Source of the DNA: Elusimicrobiota bacterium
Lineage (GTDB): Bacteria > Elusimicrobiota > Elusimicrobia > F11
DNA length: 64,000 bases
Assembly: GCA_044221725.1 (NCBI GenBank)
Contig: JBGAON010000003.1
Span: 224,001-288,000 of the forward strand
Reading direction: 5' to 3'
Made by a program: the position numbers and the translations under genes. This document shows, in pieces, positions 50,701 through 56,700 of this stretch; the stretch's first letter is position 1; every line of letters starts with the position of its first letter. Below the pieces are notes generated by a model, which worked only from the letters and a program-made list of their open reading frames with translations, searched no databases and was not told the DNA's origin.

Positions 50701-53700
50701 GATCCGCGAAGGACGAATCCTACCGTTCACCAATATCCGAATTCCTGGCTTTGATCGCGTGTTTCGTCAACCGTCGCCCGCGTTGTACGCGTTGATCGCG
50801 TTGCGCACCGCGCGTGAAGCGAAGGAGAAAGATTTAAAGAGCCGTGACACTGCCGTGGCGGAAAATCCCGAATATCAAAAATTAAAAAACCAGCTCGATA
50901 ATTTTGATGCGGATCTCGAAAAGAAGTTGGACAAGATGCCCGAACAATACCGCGGCACGATGCGCCAATTTTCTCAGCAGCAGAAGAAAGAGATTGAAAA
51001 ACAAATGAACGATTTGCGCGACAAAACACCGGTGCCCGGATTAACTGTGGGACGCCTTGTCGATGCGATCGAAACGCGCCATGGGAAAAAGAGCAACGAC
51101 GACAAAAACGAAATTTTGCGCTTGGCGCTGATAACGTTGGGTGTTTCACCGGACAAAGCGCTGCGCGCCGTAGCGGCCGTCGACGTGTTGCGCGAAGCAA
51201 CGGCCGAAGATTCCGATTACGATCCGAAAGAAGTGGCGGCCGTCAAAGAAGCTTATCACGAACTCGATACCGACGTGCTGAAAGGAAAGGGTTCGTTATC
51301 GCTGGACCTGCGAATGGATTTTGCACGCTTCGGAGCACAGATGAAAGCCGACGGAAAAGAAGTGACGCCGGATGCGCTGCGCGGCGAATACAACGGCGCC
51401 GAATTCAAGCAGGCGATCCGCTACTTCGCGCAGCAAAAAAATATCACCGATGATGAGGTTGCTCTGATCGCGCAGTTCCATGACGACCGAAATATTCCTG
51501 TCAAAGATTTGGCCGCGGCCATCCGCAAAGACAATTTGAATTCGTTGCGCGCCGACAAATTGGCGAGCGAACACGAGAAAGAAAATCCCGATTTGGCGAA
51601 GGCGCTTAAGAAAGTGGGCGCGACTTATGACGCGGTTTCTGCGCACGTGCGCACGTATCTCAAAGAAGAAGCACGCATGACCGACGACGAAGCAACGCAA
51701 GTTCTTACACTTATCCACGGTTCGTTCGGCACGAATACAACCATTGATTTTGCCGCGCGGGTGGCCGAGCCGATTCTCTCGAATCCACTCGTTCAAAATC
51801 CGGAAGCGGTGGTAGCGGGGCTTTTGAGGATTTTGATTGACCACGCCTATTCTGATTACGGCGTTCAGCTCGCCGCGATTGAACATAACTTGCCGGTCGA
51901 AAGAGATGCCGACACCATGAATTTGCTGCGCCGTGTGCAACACCCGAACGCGCCGCGCAACACGACGCTCGATTTGGGTTTTGCGCGTGCGCTCACCACA
52001 ATTTATGGATTCCAGCTGCCGCTTGACGTGCAAGCGAGCGGCATGCGTCAGACCGGTTACGAGCTGCGAAACAGTAACGGGACGGTCGCGCGCGTTGCGC
52101 TCAGTGGAAACACCGGAATTCAAGTTCGCGTGAACGTGGCTCCAAACGGCGAGGCACCAATTTATGGCGAATTGAATTATCGGCTCGCGAACAATCAAAT
52201 TGTGGATGTTGATGTGCAATCACCGCTTGGTTATCAGGCGCGCGTCGGCGGATCCGTTACTACCTCGGGACACGCCAACAATATTGCGGGCCAAGCGATT
52301 CAATTTGAAAAAGTAGAAGTGGGAGAGAAGCCGCTCAAAACGTCGCTGTTCGCATCGTCCCTCGAGAGACCCGTCACCGAGACGCCCGTCGGTCTCAAGA
52401 TCGAGACACCGGCGCAGTTGGTGGCCCCAAGCGCGGTGGCGCACCTGATGGGAGACAGCCTTCCTGCGAAGCCAGCGCAAACGACGCCGCAAAAACTCGT
52501 TAACCGACCCGTGGATATGAAACTCGATGATTTGTTCGGCCTTCCGGTCGTGGGTGTGTTGCTTGAGAGTGCGTACAAAGCCGTGTTTGGCCGGGCTCCA
52601 ACCGACGCGGATAAACAACAGTTAGCGCAGTTGAATAGCGACCATAAGAGTTTGGCGGAATCGCTGTTTGGAACAAACAAGGTGCCCGATCAATACCGTT
52701 CGCTTCCGTTGCCGATCGCAATGAAAGGGGAGGCGGCCGTTCGTTCGTTCCAATCCGAAATGATTTTGGCCGCAATCAAAAACGGAACCGTGTCGCCGAC
52801 GTTCCAAGCGTTGCGATTCATTCCGAACGACATGTTGCCGCAAAATGGCGGCACGCTGATCGTGCTTGATCGAAACAATTCCAATGGGTGGGACATCCGC
52901 GTCGGAGAAAATACCATCGGCACGATTTCGAAATCCAATAATGTCGTCACGTTGACGCTGATTTCACGCCAAGAGATTCCCGCGCAGATTATCGAACCGA
53001 CGCCGCCCACGAATATGACCGAGTGGGGACACTATTTCTACGACGGGAAACCGGCGCCCAAGGTGATCGCGGCGCGAAGCGTGGAGGTGCGCAACGAAAT
53101 TATCCTGACGGTCGACGAATCTCCGACGGCTCCGTATGTTGTCACCGACATTCAAGCGAAAGCGGGTGGCGAGAATGGTCGGATCGTGCGCGAAGGGGAG
53201 AAGCCGCTCATGGAAACCAGCGGGTTCACATTCGCTGCATCGCCGGCTGGTTTTAAGACGATGGAAACGGAAATAACAATCCCCGGAGATCTGCGGGCCG
53301 TCGAAGAAGATGATTTCAAATCGGCAAAAACCGTAGTGATGGAAAATGTGACGGCCGCCATGGAAGAACGTTTCGGATACGACCGCGTCTCCAACATGGA
53401 CGGCATGGAAGCCGTTGTCGATTTGTTGTTCGCGCTTCACCCGGATTTGCCGGAATCTTTATCGGCCGATGAAATTATTGATTTGGCTTTTAGTGCGAAC
53501 CCGTCAAAAGATTTGACCGATATCATTTCCGAAAAAGACGGTTCGGTGTTCGCGCGTCTCGCGTCCGATGGCGCGGAAAATCCCGACGCGGTCAAACAAG
53601 CGTGGGAGTTGGTGTCGTCTGGAAAAGCGGAAACCGTTGGTGGCCTCGTCCAAGCGTTAATGGCGGACAATCGTATCGGTGACCGGCTGGGCGTTTTTCG

Positions 53701-56700
53701 TTTGGCCGCCGTGATGTCGGGCTTTTCCATCTCAGAGGCGATTGCGTTAGCGAACATCATGAAATCAACCGACGCTCGGTTCTTCTCCGGTTTTTCCATG
53801 AATTTCTTGGCGACCGTTGGTGTGCCGGTGCAAACGGTCCTCGAGGTGAGACAGTGGCAAGACAAGCAAAGCCAAGCCGGCGCGATTATGTACGAAAACG
53901 TGCGCGCGCAGTGGGGAACAACAAGCATTGGCACGAATCGCGCGCTTGATATTTTGAAAGGTGCACCGCTCTCGAGCGTGGAACGCACTTCGCTTGAAAC
54001 ACAGAGCCAGCTGAACGAAACTTACGCGGTCGTGAACGCGGGTCCAAACGCAAATCTAAGATCGCAAATTTTGGCGAGCGCCCAGACCCTGCTGGAGCTT
54101 GCTGGTGTGAGCGCTCCGGTTGTTGCTTCGTATCTGCGGTCCGTTGTTTCTGCGCGCAGCGCTGAAGATATTCACACGCTGAAAGTGCAGACGTCGCAGC
54201 AACTTCCTGACCGTCAAACCGCGACGTTGCTGCACAATTTGATCGATGCGTTCCACGCCCCGACCGCCAATTCAGCGACGATGGTCGTGTTTCGTGCGGT
54301 CAAGCAACTTAATGTTGACGATTCGTTTGTCCTGCTGCTCAACCAAACGAATGCCTCAAATGGTACGTGGCAGGTAACCGGCGTGGTGCCCGCGGGTCCA
54401 AACGCCGGACAAAAAATAAACGTTGCGGTTGTGACAGTTTCGCCGCAATCACCGCGCACCACCATCGCGATTCAAATCGGCGTAGCGGAAGGTAAGAACG
54501 GCCCGGTTGTCGAATTACCGACCACCCATGCGAACGGTTCGACGTTGCTCCTTATTAATAGTGGCGATTACCAGGTGGTCACCAGCGGTTTTGGTCCGCA
54601 GCCCAAAGCGCAAGCGCTGAATGGAAACCTTGGGAATGCTGCGCCGACCGCGCAGTCCGTGCAATTCACCGATGGAAAGAATACGTTGCCGGTGCGCATT
54701 GCGGTTCCGACGGCGATCACGAACGAAGCCATTCGTTCGTCGCGCGCGCAAGCGGCGATGGTGTTTGGCCGCCTCAATCAATTGGCCACGGCCAACGATG
54801 CAAGTCCGATGGATCCACTCGTGTTTCAACAAGTGGAGCGATTCTTATCACCGGCGATGCTGCCGCTTTTGCGCGGTAACGGTTCGAACGAGGGAAGCGA
54901 GCCCGATCTTTTCGTGGTGCGCGGCACGAACAATCAAATCGAAAGCATGTATGTGCTGAACGCGAACGGTTCCTATGGCGTGTTTCGACGCACGACAGTG
55001 GACGGACAACAAACCGTAACGCGCGGCGAACCCACGCACGTTCCGCCGATGAACGCCGACGCCTACGAGATGGCGCAAATGCCAAACGGTCAATGGTCGG
55101 TTGTGCCGGTGCTCACGCCCCTTTCAACGATTCCTCGCTCGGTCGCCCGCGAACGTCGCGATCACGGCGTTACAAATGCCGGTGTGGCGATGCGCGTGCT
55201 GGGTGGGATGCTGGCGGCTCCCTTCGCGATGTTCCGGGGTGTTGCCAATCAAGCAAGTCGTCACCGCATGGCGTCCGCGTTGGTGTTAATGTTGGTCGCG
55301 GTGGTGTCGGCAAACGCGCAAGAGCCAATGATGCATCAAACGGTTTCCACCGCGAAAGATTTGGTGGCGCAACCGATTCCCCACATGTCGGTCGGCGCGG
55401 TGGCGGCCGTGACCGCGATGGGGTCTGCGCTCCTCGGCTTCATGGGCGTTCGGTCGTACCTTGCGATACGCCGTGAAGCACCACCGGCGAATATACCGAT
55501 CGTCATGTCCGCGAAAGATTTCAACACAAGGGTGAACGAACAAAAACTTTCCTCACCGGACGGAATCTATTTTGCGTCTCAAGAATTGCTCGGCGTGCCG
55601 TACAACGGCGCCGAAAACGCGGTGGCCGTGAAGGTTCAGGAAGTTCGAATCGCCGGCGACGGACAAAGCCGTTACGTGCTGTCGTTGCTCCCCGCAAACA
55701 CGGATTCCGCTAGCACCGCGCCACTGCAGTTGGCAAATTTCAGTGGGTATATGCCGAACGCGGTGGTGCGAATGTTCACGAAGTTGCCAACCAATGCCGC
55801 GCAAATTTCCGCTTTCTTGAAATCGGATGATGGTCGTCTCGCTAATTACATCAGCGTGCCCGCATTGTTCGGAACAAATCCATCGTTATTGAGCGGTCTC
55901 AACCTTGGATTGGATGACGTTCAGGTCCATTTCAAAACACTAAAAGACGTATTTGAACCGTCGACGCCCGAAGCGCAACGATTGGCGTCCAGAGAATTCA
56001 AAGCGTTGGTGGCGAAACTTGTAGCGGAGGCGAGCGCGTTTGCGTCATCCGAAAGCGTTCAATTGCGGCCCACCTACGTGGACGCCATCATGAAAAAATT
56101 TGGTCCAAACGTTTCGTTCTTGCAACGCGATCCGAGTGGCCGTGCGTTCGTGTCGAGCGGTTACGATTATTCAGCGGCGCTCGCGTTGTGGCGAAAGGGC
56201 GTTGTGCACCCGGTTCTCGTGTCGAACGGCCAGCAAATCTATTTTGTGTTTTCGAGCGGCGAAAGCGCGCTCAGCAAACTTAATTACGACGGTACGAAAG
56301 GCAAGACCGAGCGCGGCAACGAAAAGCGCTATCTGAGTTCGGAACCGGACGGAAGTTTGCTCGCGGTCGCGGGCAAACCCTACTTGAACGAAGGGCAGAA
56401 GGCGATTGCGCGACGCGCCGTCGAAATCTTGTCGGACATTTTGGTGGGCGACGGCCGCGCACCGCTCGTCTTGACCGACAGGCAAGTGGCCCAGCTTTTT
56501 AACTCCATCGGCGACTTTGTGCGTGGTGGCACGCCGAAGGTCAACGTGCGGGGTTCCGATCTCGGATTGCCCGGCACCGATGTCGACAAATTGATTCAGG
56601 AGCTCGGCGAACAGATGCGTTCGCTCGCGCAATCCAACGCGCAGATTCTTGATCTCGCGCAGCGTGGACAGATGAGCGCTGTCGGTGTGTCGGCGGTGCA

